Shown: piece by piece, positions 9,716-19,297 of the stretch
Position numbering within the stretch: position 1 is the stretch's first letter
How the letters are laid out: each line of letters starts with the position of its first letter
NCBI GenBank assembly: GCA_048940645.1
Contig: JBHLOI010000040.1
Span: 1 to 33,854 of the forward strand
Length of the DNA: 33,854 nucleotides
Source of the DNA: Promethearchaeota archaeon
Lineage (GTDB): Archaea > Asgardarchaeota > Lokiarchaeia > Sigyniarchaeales > SOKP01
Direction of reading: 5' to 3'
Notes under the pieces: generated by a model
Seen by the model: only the letters and a program-made list of their open reading frames with translations
What the model was told of the DNA's origin: nothing
Databases searched by the model: none
Position numbers and translations under genes: made by a program

Positions 9716-10162
9716 GTGAATGAATACAATAAAATTAAAGCTAGAATCTTATTAATAGAAGATAATGCTGCAGATATTCGTCTTACAAGGGAAGTTCTTC
9801 AAGAGAGTAAAATTGTTGCCAATTTAGACGTTGTAAGGGATGGAGTTGAAGCGGTTGATTTTTTAAAGAAGAGAGGTAAATTTTCTAATGCTAGTAAACC
9901 AAATTTAATCCTTTTGGATTTAAATTTACCAAAGAGGAATGGTTTTGAGGTATTGGAAATTATTAAACAAGATAAAGAATTAAAAAGGATTCCTATAGTA
10001 ATATTAACAGTGTCTGATGCAAAAGAAGATTTAATAAAAGCTTATAATCTCCATGCTAATTCTTATGTAATTAAGCCATTAGAAATGAAGGAATTCTATA
10101 AAATCGTTAACTCAATTGTAGATTTTTGGTTTACGATTGTAAAGCATTTTGAGGATGAATAA
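9716..10162 (+). CDS. Stand-alone response regulator (Rcp1-like REC), GTG start
   Basis: ILLIEDN, LILLDLNLPK, ILTVS, ANSYVIKP and C-terminal FW. It starts 12 bp after the kinase. Confidence 0.92.
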   Translation: MNEYNKIKARILLIEDNAADIRLTREVLQESKIVANLDVVRDGVEAVDFLKKRGKFSNASKPNLILLDLNLPKRNGFEVLEIIKQDKELKRIPIVILTVSDAKEDLIKAYNLHANSYVIKPLEMKEFYKIVNSIVDFWFTIVKHFEDE

Positions 10163-10217
10163 ATGCTAATTAAAAGACATCTTATAAATAAAAAGATTTT
10201 ATTTGCAGAAATCATTA

Positions 10218-10811
10218 CTAAATAACTTTAATCGATTGTGTTGATTTATATATATCTAAGAAATTTGATACGTGAATTTGTGGTTTTATTCCATTTAATG
10301 TCTTAATTTTTATATTAATAAAATTCCAGAGTGACTTTTCATCCTTAGCAATAATCTGAGCAATAATATCATGATCTCCTGATGATATTACCACAAGTTG
10401 AGTCTCATCATATGATGCAATCTTTTCTGCGATCTCATTCATTTTTATAGGATCGACTGAAAGACCTACTATTGCTATAGTATTATAACCAATTTTTACT
10501 GGATCTATTATAGCTCCAAATTGTTTTATAATTTCTTCTTCAATCATCTTTTTGACTCTATTGTGAATTGTACTTGCAGCTAGTTTTAACTTTTCTGATA
10601 ATTCCCGATATGAGATTTTATCATTTATTTGTAATAGATTTAAAATTTTCTTATCTGTTTCATCAATAGTATGGCAATTCCAAGGACGATTTACACGGTC
10701 ATCGTTAAAAATGACGCCATGCTCTATTGAAAACCCTTCACAGCTATGATAAATTTTTCTTCCTAGTGAGTATTCTTCTCCACATTTAGGACAAGTTACT
10801 ATAATAATCAA
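10218..10811 (-). CDS. Lrp/AsnC regulator with N-terminal Cys/His (Zn-ribbon-like) module, TTG start
   Basis: CPKC...HSC...CH, then IDETDKKILNLLQ...LAASTIHNRV and a RAM domain. Confidence 0.88.
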   Translation of the reverse strand: MIIIVTCPKCGEEYSLGRKIYHSCEGFSIEHGVIFNDDRVNRPWNCHTIDETDKKILNLLQINDKISYRELSEKLKLAASTIHNRVKKMIEEEIIKQFGAIIDPVKIGYNTIAIVGLSVDPIKMNEIAEKIASYDETQLVVISSGDHDIIAQIIAKDEKSLWNFINIKIKTLNGIKPQIHVSNFLDIYKSTQSIKVI

Positions 10812-10858
10812 CTCATTTTTATTAATTAAAATTTAAAAATTCAATTCTTATAAAAATC

Positions 10859-11022
10859 TGAATAAAGTTCATTTCAATCTTTTTCTTAATTCTATACAAA
10901 TCTAGTTTCTCTAATATGATATATGAATTTTATTATATTTAAAGCTATCGAAGATAGTTCGGTTATTACGATATTTCTCGTATAATATATGGTATGAAAC
11001 AATTGAAAATGAAGAATGTTCG
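10859..11022. promoter_or_regulatory. Cluster of YGAA-N5-TTCR boxes upstream of the Zn-Lrp gene
   Basis: TGAA-TAAAG-TTCA 10859-10871, CGAA-GATAG-TTCG 10949-10961 and TGAA-GAATG-TTCG 11010-11022. Confidence 0.6.
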
Positions 11023-11269
11023 TATAATTTTATAAAATATTACAATATTTATGAAAAGTTAACAATTTGAGTTTTAGTATAAATAACTAATTCTGAGAAT
11101 TTCTTATTGGATTATGATGTCGAATTATAATATTTCTATTTTTTAATCTATAATAAAATTATTTAGATAAATTTTAGGTTGACTTTCTTTTTTAAAATTC
11201 ATTAAAAAGGAGCAAGGTGTTATTTTTTTGCCTTTATATAAATTTGTAAACATTTGACATTAGTAAGAG

Positions 11270-12061
11270 CTATAAAACAAATATTTTTACAAATGAAAAT
11301 ATTCCAATTCCAATAGCATATGCTGGTATGAAATATTTCCAGATTTTATTAGGGACTACTCTTACTAAATAAGGAGCAGAAAGAGCAGCAAAAAATCCTC
11401 CTGTAAATAATGATGGTAGAAGAACAAGATCTACTTCAACGCCTGCAAAACTTATTAGAAAAAATGTTAAAATGCCCACAAATGAGACAATTGATTCTGC
11501 AAAAGATACGATTGCCGTCGCGCTTTTTTCATAAACACCAGAAAATATTTGTCCCATAGTAATAACTGGTCCATATCCTCCTCCTCCAATTCCCTTATTA
11601 AAACCTGCGATTACTGAAAATCCAATTAGTAGTTTTGGGTGTGTTTTAGAATACTCTATTTTCCTTAATTTAACTCTAATAAAGCCTGAAACTCCCATAA
11701 ATATAACTAGGATTGCTACATAAGTTTTAATTACTATATCATGTAATTTTAAAGCAAAATAACCTAGAAAAATTGATATAAATATAGCTAAACAACCAAA
11801 GAAAGCCATTATAAGCCCGATTTTAGTGGCATCGTTTAAAGGGCGGAAAGAATAGTGAACGTTCTTAAATTCATGATCGAAAAAGGTATCTACTATACCT
11901 GTTATTGCTTCTGAAATTAGAATAGTTGGAACGATTTGAAGAGGGGTATAACCTAATAGGAATAATAAAGGTGATAAAGCTGTACCAAAACCCATACCTG
12001 CCATAGAATCCATTGATTCAAATAAAAATGCTAATAAAATTATAATTAAGATTAATTCCAT
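11270..12061 (-). CDS. TauE/SafE (TSUP) family membrane transporter
   Basis: About 8 TM segments with duplicated Gly-rich motifs GMGFGTALSP and GIGGGGYGP. Confidence 0.85.
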   Translation of the reverse strand: MELILIIILLAFLFESMDSMAGMGFGTALSPLLFLLGYTPLQIVPTILISEAITGIVDTFFDHEFKNVHYSFRPLNDATKIGLIMAFFGCLAIFISIFLGYFALKLHDIVIKTYVAILVIFMGVSGFIRVKLRKIEYSKTHPKLLIGFSVIAGFNKGIGGGGYGPVITMGQIFSGVYEKSATAIVSFAESIVSFVGILTFFLISFAGVEVDLVLLPSLFTGGFFAALSAPYLVRVVPNKIWKYFIPAYAIGIGIFSFVKIFVL

Positions 12062-12071
12062 CTATTTAACC

Positions 12072-12227
12072 TTATAATAAGAAGTAAAATAATACCATAA
12101 TTATACTATAAAATAATAAGGCAACAGAAATCTTTTTGATAGAACGTCTTCCTATTCTCAGTCTTTCTGAAATTGGCTTTTCATCTAACTCACGTGCTTC
12201 TTTTCCAATTTCCCAACTATTTAACAT
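12072..12227 (-). CDS. Small tail-anchored membrane protein (51 aa), missed by the ORF track
   Basis: MLNSWEIGKEARELDEKPISERLRIGRRSIKKISVALLFYSIIMVLFYFLL. It ends 10 bp before the TauE start. Confidence 0.6.
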   Translation of the reverse strand: MLNSWEIGKEARELDEKPISERLRIGRRSIKKISVALLFYSIIMVLFYFLL

Positions 12228-12558
12228 TTTTAATCATTCACTCTTAATTATGTTTCATTAAGTATCATTAAGTATAATTAAATATAATAATATTTTACTA
12301 TTTAAAAGTTACGTTTTTTCTACATTCATAAATTTGCTTCTTGAATTCTGTTCAAGGCATTTAAAAACAGTATTTGATGAAAAGAGAACAATAAGTAAAA
12401 TCATTCAAGAAAAAATAAAATTGGAGGTGATATTTAATGTTAAAAGCAAAATCTCAATTCGTAAAGGGATAGTTCCAAAATTACATTAAAAATTGTTGAA
12501 AATTATTATTTTATATTTTATAAATAGTTATTTCTTTAATCTCTAAATTTTTGAAGTA

Positions 12559-13809
12559 TTAAATCCAACCTCTCAATCTCATAGCTTCAATAACTCTATC
12601 GATGGAAATCATATATGCTCCCATACGGTTATGAGTATTAAACTGCTTAGCATGTTCTACAGTTGAGCGATAAGCATTTGTCATTATTCGGTCCAAGGCA
12701 GCAAATACTTCTTTTTCAGTCCAGAAATACCGATAATATCCTTGTACCATTTCAAAATATGATACGGTCACTCCTCCAGCATTACACAAAAAGTCTGGAA
12801 TTATCACTATATTATTATTAAATAAAATTCTATCAGCACTTGGGGTTGTAGGACCATTTGCTAATTCTGCGACAATCTTGGTTTTAATATCTTTTGCGTT
12901 TTTTTCGGTAATTACATTTTCGAGAGCCGCTGGAACCAAAATATCACAATCTAATTCTAATAGTTCTTCATTAGAAATTTTCTGAGTGCCTTCTAATCCA
13001 ACAACGGTTCTTGTTTTTTCTTTATGATTTGCAGCCTTGTATGGATCTAAACCATCTTTATTAAAAATACCTCCTTTTGAATCAGAAACCGCCACGATTT
13101 TACAACCAAAATCATCTTGTAAAATTTTTGCAGCCCAAGAACCTGCATTTCCATATCCTTGTACGGCTACTGTTGCTCCAGCTAAATTCAACCCTATATC
13201 TTTTGCAGCTTCCCTAATAGTAAAAATACCACCTTTCGCTGTAGCAATTGACCTTCCAGCGCTTCCACCTAGAGCTAAAGGTTTACCAGTAATAACCGAA
13301 GGAGAATGTTTACGAACAATTTTCTCGTATTCGTCCATCATCCAGGCCATAATTTGGGGGTTTGTATAGACATCTGGAGCAGGAACATCAATGTTAGGAC
13401 CAATAAAATCCGCTAATTGTCTTATATAGCTCCTAGCTAGGGTTTCCATTTCTCTATTACTCATTCCTTTTGGATTACAAATAATTCCTCCTTTCGCTCC
13501 CCCTAGAGGAATATCAACGCAGGCAGTTTTCCATGTCATCCATGCACTAAGAGCCTTAACTAATGAGGCACTTTCATCCGGGTGCCATCTTATACCACCT
13601 TTCATGGGTCCCCTTGCTGAGTTATATTGGCTTCGAAACCCTTTAAAAGTTTTAATTTGTCCATCATCCATTTTGATTGTAATTCTTACTTGTACAAACC
13701 TTTCAGGCTCACTTAATACATTATAGATCTCATCGTCAATACCTTTCAATTTACATGCTTCTTTTAATTGCATTTGCGAGATATTAAAGGGGTCTAAACT
13801 TTCAATCAT
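12559..13809 (-). CDS. gdhA: Glutamate dehydrogenase, copy 2 (divergent paralog)
   Basis: [41 protein letters not shown] and [11 protein letters not shown] motifs. Confidence 0.94.
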   Translation of the reverse strand: MIESLDPFNISQMQLKEACKLKGIDDEIYNVLSEPERFVQVRITIKMDDGQIKTFKGFRSQYNSARGPMKGGIRWHPDESASLVKALSAWMTWKTACVDIPLGGAKGGIICNPKGMSNREMETLARSYIRQLADFIGPNIDVPAPDVYTNPQIMAWMMDEYEKIVRKHSPSVITGKPLALGGSAGRSIATAKGGIFTIREAAKDIGLNLAGATVAVQGYGNAGSWAAKILQDDFGCKIVAVSDSKGGIFNKDGLDPYKAANHKEKTRTVVGLEGTQKISNEELLELDCDILVPAALENVITEKNAKDIKTKIVAELANGPTTPSADRILFNNNIVIIPDFLCNAGGVTVSYFEMVQGYYRYFWTEKEVFAALDRIMTNAYRSTVEHAKQFNTHNRMGAYMISIDRVIEAMRLRGWI

Positions 13810-14067
13810 TATTTTATCCCTATCTAACTAATTAATTTTATTAATGAAATTTTTTTCAATATTTCTATATAATGGGTAAGATTATTTAAACAGTTTTCAA
13901 TTTATTTGGGGAAGAAGTTGGGAAATTTCAGAAATTTTCAATTTCCTTATAGTAATTGATTTTTTTATTCGTAACTTTTATATTTTATCCTATTCTTAAA
14001 TTTAAAATAACGATTTTTAATATTTTGATTATATTTTATTATTTAATTTTTGGAATAGGAGTTATAG

Positions 14068-15324
14068 ATGACTAATAAATTAAATCCATTTGATGTTGCA
14101 AAAAAGCAAATTGATATAGTAGCTGAAGAGATGGGATTAGATCCAAATATAAGGGAATATCTCAAAAGAGTAGAACGCTCATTAATAGTATCAATACCAA
14201 TTATTATGGATGATGGCTCTTTAAAGATATTTGAAGGATATCGGGTACATCATTCTACTGTCAGAGGTCCTGGAAAAGGTGGTATTAGATATTCTCCAGA
14301 TGTCTATTTGGATGAAGTTAAAGCTTTAGCCACGTGGATGACCTTTAAATGTAGTCTGTTAAATTTGCCTTTAGGAGGGGCAAAAGGAGGGGTATGCGTA
14401 AACCCTCGAAAGTTATCAGAGAGAGAATTAGAACGCTTAACTCGGAGATATACTGCTGAAATTATAAATGTTATAGGCCCAGATATAGATATTCCTGCAC
14501 CAGATATTGCCACTGATAAAAAAGTTATGAGCTGGATCATGGATACATATTCAATGCAGAAAGGAAGGTCTACTCCTGGAGTGGTTACAGGCAAGCCTAT
14601 TGAAATAGGAGGGTCTGTAGGAAGAGAGCCAGCAACAGGAATGGGAATGTATTATGTGCTTCAAGGGTTATGTGAGAAACTAAATTTAAATTATAAGGAT
14701 TTAGGTTATGTAATACAAGGGTTTGGAAATGTCGGTGGTACAATTGCAGAGTTATTGTATAATGATGGATGTAAAATTTTAGCAATTTCGGATATCTCAA
14801 CAGGTACTTTTTATGAGAGCGGATTAGATATTCCTAAACTTTTAGAATGGATTAAACAAGGTAATTATTTAAAAGATTATAAGGACGATCGATATAAACT
14901 AATAACAAATGAACAACTACTTACATCAAAATGCGATGTTTTAATACCTGCTGCTATTGAAAACCAAATTACCAAAGATAATGCAGAAAAAGTTGATTGT
15001 AAGGTAATTTTGGAAGGAGCTAATGGTCCTACAACCCCAGAGGCAGATAAAATCTTGTTTAAAAAAGGGATACACGTAGTACCTGACATCCTAGCAAATA
15101 GCGGGGGAGTATGCGTCTCCTATTTTGAATATATTCAAGATATTCATTCATATTTCTGGAAATTAGATCGCATCAATAAAGAACTCAAACGGATTATTAT
15201 TGAAGCATTTGAAGAGACCTATAGGATATCTCAAGAAAGAAAAATACCCCTTCGTACAGCTGCTTATATTATTGCGGTTGGAAGACTTGCAAAAGCTATA
15301 GAGTTAAGAGGTTTTTTTCCATAA
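14068..15324 (+). CDS. gdhA: Glutamate dehydrogenase, copy 3 (close paralog of copy 1)
   Basis: Same motifs as copy 1. AGGAG lies upstream of the ATG. Confidence 0.94.
   Translation: MTNKLNPFDVAKKQIDIVAEEMGLDPNIREYLKRVERSLIVSIPIIMDDGSLKIFEGYRVHHSTVRGPGKGGIRYSPDVYLDEVKALATWMTFKCSLLNLPLGGAKGGVCVNPRKLSERELERLTRRYTAEIINVIGPDIDIPAPDIATDKKVMSWIMDTYSMQKGRSTPGVVTGKPIEIGGSVGREPATGMGMYYVLQGLCEKLNLNYKDLGYVIQGFGNVGGTIAELLYNDGCKILAISDISTGTFYESGLDIPKLLEWIKQGNYLKDYKDDRYKLITNEQLLTSKCDVLIPAAIENQITKDNAEKVDCKVILEGANGPTTPEADKILFKKGIHVVPDILANSGGVCVSYFEYIQDIHSYFWKLDRINKELKRIIIEAFEETYRISQERKIPLRTAAYIIAVGRLAKAIELRGFFP
14129..14508 (+). repeat. About 380-bp near-identical copy of 5841-6220 (within gdh-1 and gdh-3)
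   Basis: Manual comparison found about 19 mismatches in 380 nt. Flanking sequence is much more diverged. Confidence 0.9.
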
Positions 15325-15347
15325 GTATATAATTCTCTATTTTCTTG

Positions 15348-16664
15348 TTATGAGAATGGTATTAATATTACCAAATAAAGCATTGAGAAAAGAAGATGGA
15401 TTGTCGCAAAAAGAGCTCCCATTTTCAATAATCTTTTATAATTAAGATTTTCTACACCGCTATCTCTCGCTACTTTCAATGTCATCATATCTGCGGCAGC
15501 TCCCTGAGGAATAAAATTTCCTCCAAGGTTTATTGCAACAATTAAAGAGAATAATAGAGGAATATAAGGAAAAGGAGGATCAAAAGTTATTAAAGTATCA
15601 ATTATTGGAATGAAAATTAAAGCCGTAGGAGTATTGGCTACAAATCCTGAGATTAAGCTAATAGCTATCAGTAATATAAAAGATAATAATATAGGATTTA
15701 TAAATTGAAATGGTAAATTCGCGAAAATTTCGGCAAATCCTGCTTCTATTAGCGAACCAACAATAACATATAACGAGATAAAGAAAAATATAATTTCCCA
15801 TTCAATGTCTCTAAGTAACTCTCCCATTGGCTTTTTTGTAAATCTTTTATTAACAAGTACTAGAATTAAAGCTGCAACTATGGCTGTCAAATAAAGAAGA
15901 GGTAAAATTGCAAAAAGTGTTATTGTTATAATTATTGCGATACTATTAAAATAGAAATATTTTTTATTTTTTATCATAATATCAGCATCTACTAATTCTA
16001 ATACGAATTGCTTTTGTTGATCTTCAATTTTTGGTTCTTTTGATAAAAAAAATCTGTCTATTAGAAAAATTGTTAAAAAGAGTAATAAAAAAGAAAAGAT
16101 CCAATAATATTGAATAAAGTATACTGTATTCAAATCAGGAACCGGTGGAGACCAGTTGTATGTAGAGATGATAATATTTTCTCCACTCGAGAATGGAGTG
16201 ATCATAGAACCAATATTGATACATATTGTCATGCCTAATAGATAAGTTCCTGCTCTAATCTTCAAAAAATGGCATAATCTCACTACTACTGGAGCTAAAA
16301 TCAAAACTACCACTACATCAGTAATAATAGCCGCTAATAAAGTAGTAATGATACATAATAGATAAAGAAAAGTTCTTTGGTTTCCTCTTGATAGTTTAAA
16401 CAATTTAACCGCTACGAATTCTAAAATATTTGAATCTTGAGCTACTTTTGTTATTAAACTCATACTAAGAATAATGATAATTGCTTCCCATTCTATCATT
16501 TGGATAAAATCCGTAAATTGAACATCTAGAAATATAAATGTAATTGTGGCTCCAATAAACATGCATAATAAAGAAATCGCTACAAAATCTAAATTTTTGA
16601 TTGAATAACTTAGTATTATCAATATAAATAGTGCGAATAGAATGATTAGAACTGGAAGATTCAT
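15348..16664 (-). CDS. ArsB/NhaD/SLC13 (IT superfamily) permease
   Basis: Multi-TM protein with repeated IEWE motifs, NIGSMITP...ENIII, SGFVANTP and NLGGNFIPQG. Confidence 0.85.
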   Translation of the reverse strand: MNLPVLIILFALFILIILSYSIKNLDFVAISLLCMFIGATITFIFLDVQFTDFIQMIEWEAIIIILSMSLITKVAQDSNILEFVAVKLFKLSRGNQRTFLYLLCIITTLLAAIITDVVVVLILAPVVVRLCHFLKIRAGTYLLGMTICINIGSMITPFSSGENIIISTYNWSPPVPDLNTVYFIQYYWIFSFLLLFLTIFLIDRFFLSKEPKIEDQQKQFVLELVDADIMIKNKKYFYFNSIAIIITITLFAILPLLYLTAIVAALILVLVNKRFTKKPMGELLRDIEWEIIFFFISLYVIVGSLIEAGFAEIFANLPFQFINPILLSFILLIAISLISGFVANTPTALIFIPIIDTLITFDPPFPYIPLLFSLIVAINLGGNFIPQGAAADMMTLKVARDSGVENLNYKRLLKMGALFATIHLLFSMLYLVILIPFS

Positions 16665-16738
16665 TTATTCAATAACTATGGAATTTAGATTACTAATAAT
16701 AATGTTAATAAATAGCTTTTAATAAATCTTGATAAATT

Positions 16739-17587
16739 TTACTTATTCAATAAGAATAGTTGTAAGAGGAATTTAAATAGATTTAATTCATTTAACAGTG
16801 ATACATTCGATACTAAATAATCAAAAATATTTTCATCAATAAAAAATTTCAGACTTTTTTGATATCCTACTTCTGATTTAATCATTTCTACTACCCTTCT
16901 GATTAAATTTACAATTTGTTTCTCTACTATAATCATATCAACATTTTTGGGATCAATGCTAATAATATTAATACCTGTAGCTCTATTAAAAGAAAATTTA
17001 CATAATTCTGGATTTTGTTGTACATACTCGTGACTTAAGTAATTTTTAAACATATTTTCAATCCGCTCATAAATTCTCTCCTTGTTATCAGACTGGAAAT
17101 GTGCTTCGATAACATTGATCAATAAGTTTAAAATTTGTTGAAACACCCCTAATATATCAAAATATTCGGCAAGAGCAGTAATATTCTCAGCTGTCAACCA
17201 CTGTGTATAGTATTCATCTATTACATCTTTAAAAGGGTTAAAGAGATCAGTATTTCCTTTCCATAACGCTTTCCACTCTTCCTTGTCCTGGGCATATTCC
17301 TGTATAAAAGTCTGCATAATTATATGTAAACGTGCTTTTAAAATGTCAGAATTCACATCTTTCTCTGCAGCGGCTATAAAAAGTAAGTTTAACTCATTAT
17401 TTTCCAAATAAACCCATCTAAGCCCTGACATATCAATGCTTTCAATTACTTGCTTTAATTCAAACACAGTAAATTGGTTTATTGCTGTTAATAAACCAGA
17501 AATTAGATCTTCATTTAAAGCTAAATCTAAATATGGTTTATATAATAAAGTTATTCCACTTTGAGAATCTAAAACCCATATATTCAT
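16739..17587 (-). CDS. Longin-like domain protein (Asgard-type) with helical C-terminal domain
   Basis: N-terminal pattern IWVLDSQSGITLLY...EDLISGLLTAINQF...IESIDM...LLFIA...FIQEY...F..F...ID. Confidence 0.7.
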   Translation of the reverse strand: MNIWVLDSQSGITLLYKPYLDLALNEDLISGLLTAINQFTVFELKQVIESIDMSGLRWVYLENNELNLLFIAAAEKDVNSDILKARLHIIMQTFIQEYAQDKEEWKALWKGNTDLFNPFKDVIDEYYTQWLTAENITALAEYFDILGVFQQILNLLINVIEAHFQSDNKERIYERIENMFKNYLSHEYVQQNPELCKFSFNRATGINIISIDPKNVDMIIVEKQIVNLIRRVVEMIKSEVGYQKSLKFFIDENIFDYLVSNVSLLNELNLFKFLLQLFLLNK

Positions 17588-17673
17588 CTTTGACCCAAAT
17601 TATCAGATGTTATCTCTAAGTAAATTAAAACTCTTTATTAATAAATTTCTTTGGTAATCGAAAATTAATTTTT

Positions 17674-18159
17674 TTATAATAATTCTTCAAGTTTCTTGTT
17701 TTTACAATATTTCTCTAAATTCCTTATCATATCTGTTATCTTCATTTGTAAAGTGAGATCAGCTGCTCCACCCATTAAATTAAGAAAGTCACTACTTAAG
17801 GTAAAATTTTCAATAAACACTCCAACTTTGGATTTACTAGGAGATAATGCTTTAATTCTTAGTCTCCCCTCCAAATCTTTGACATCTTTATTATTTCTCA
17901 CATTAAATTCAATTAGTCTACCTTTATTTTGCTCTTCACCTTTATCAATTAGCACTAATTCACCTTCCATTTCTATTGGAACCTTAATAACATTAATCTC
18001 GTCATACACTTTAGTGTATAAAACATTAGGAGCGATAAATTCTGCTTCTAATTTCTTAGTTGGTTTAATTTCTTCCCAAAATTTTGCTTTATAAATTGCT
18101 TTAACTAGAATTTCATTATTGCAATTATTAATTTCTAAAACTTTCGAAATTTTAGTCAT
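17674..18159 (-). CDS. Hypothetical protein, possibly SRPBCC/START (CoxG-like) fold
   Basis: 161 aa with an N-terminal strand, a short helical segment, a strand-rich core and a long C-terminal helix. The fold is inferred. Confidence 0.5.
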   Translation of the reverse strand: MTKISKVLEINNCNNEILVKAIYKAKFWEEIKPTKKLEAEFIAPNVLYTKVYDEINVIKVPIEMEGELVLIDKGEEQNKGRLIEFNVRNNKDVKDLEGRLRIKALSPSKSKVGVFIENFTLSSDFLNLMGGAADLTLQMKITDMIRNLEKYCKNKKLEELL

Positions 18160-18357
18160 GGTTGAATTAAAATTTTTAGTTTTCTAATTAAATAAATAGA
18201 AATTTAGAAAGTTTATAATTGTTTATATCTATTTGAGATTTAAAAGAAAAGCCTCAGACTTCCTAGATTATTTCATGTTTATAGACTTTAAATCATATTA
18301 GATTTTTTCATCATTGGCTAGATATTCTTTTATTTAAGCAAAGGAAATAAAATTGAT

Positions 18358-18558
18358 TCAAGAGTTTCGAAATAACCTGCTTTTTTCTGTATTTTGTTCT
18401 TCATGACAGTGAGGACAAATCCAAGTTGTTTCATTTTTTTTAACTGAATTTATACATTCATTACAGATTGTTATGTCACAGATACAGTAATAGCATTCGT
18501 TGAGAAGATCTTCACAGCTCTTTTCACAGATATAACAAAAAGGCGGATTTTTGGACAT
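18358..18558 (-). CDS. Stand-alone C4C4-type RING finger protein
   Basis: Cys spacing C-x2-C-x13-C-x-C-x4-C-x2-C-x12-C-x2-C. Confidence 0.72.
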   Translation of the reverse strand: MSKNPPFCYICEKSCEDLLNECYYCICDITICNECINSVKKNETTWICPHCHEEQNTEKSRLFRNS

Positions 18559-18647
18559 TTTTTATCAGAATACAAACTTAATTCGATATTGTGTATTATA
18601 TTTTTAATTTTAAAAATTATTTTATTTCATAAGCACATTAAAGTATA

Positions 18648-18845
18648 TTGTATATTATGAATAATCAACTAAGATCTCGAATAACTCTTTTGAGCCTTTT
18701 GAGCATATTTTTTATATATAAAGCCATAATGGGCATAGTTGAACAGAATATGTTTGATTTTGCCTTATGGTTTCTTATAACTATAATTTATTTAATCTCA
18801 CTTATAGTTTTGTATTTTGTTATTAGAAGTAAGCAAGAAGGGTAA
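18648..18845 (+). CDS. Small 2-TM membrane protein (start may be ATG 18657)
   Basis: Two hydrophobic segments flanked by basic residues. Confidence 0.55.
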   Translation: MYIMNNQLRSRITLLSLLSIFFIYKAIMGIVEQNMFDFALWFLITIIYLISLIVLYFVIRSKQEG

Positions 18846-18897
18846 AAGATACCTTAGCTCGTTAATTTAATAAAAGCTTAGAAGAAATAATTATAAT

Positions 18898-19152
18898 TTA
18901 CTTTTTCCTCTTTAAAAAAGAGTCAATACCAAGAGTTTTGAAGATAGTATCTTTAATGTCCATCTGGATTTTCATATCTCGCATAATTTTAAGAGATTCT
19001 TCAAGGGTTTTTGAGAAATTCTCACTCATTTCCTTTATTGTATCAGAGGTTAACATTAACGACTCTCTTATTGCTTTATTTGTATCATGTAATTCTTCAG
19101 CCATTCTATCTATACTTTTCCTCAATTCAGAAAGCTCATCTTTAATGCCCAT
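18898..19152 (-). CDS. Small coiled-coil protein with basic C-terminus
   Basis: Heptad-like pattern over about 65 aa, ending FKTLGIDSFLKRKK. Confidence 0.65.
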   Translation of the reverse strand: MGIKDELSELRKSIDRMAEELHDTNKAIRESLMLTSDTIKEMSENFSKTLEESLKIMRDMKIQMDIKDTIFKTLGIDSFLKRKK

Positions 19153-19297
19153 AATGAAACGCCCTAATGTTTATACCATTGATATCAAAAATATTTCAAG
19201 GTTTTAGTATCTTTCTAAAATTATTATATATAATAAATATTCTTTTATAATTTCAATTTCTTATTTAATATATTAATTTTAAAAATTGAATTCGAAA

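Noticed and set aside
13845-13858. TGAAATTTTTTTCA as an Lrp box between gdh-2 and gdh-3
   Set aside because: The spacer is one base too long and almost all A/T, so I did not count it.
13037-15089. ORFs 13037..13369, 14304..14594, 14597..14800 and 14877..15089
   Set aside because: Antisense shadows of the gdh genes.
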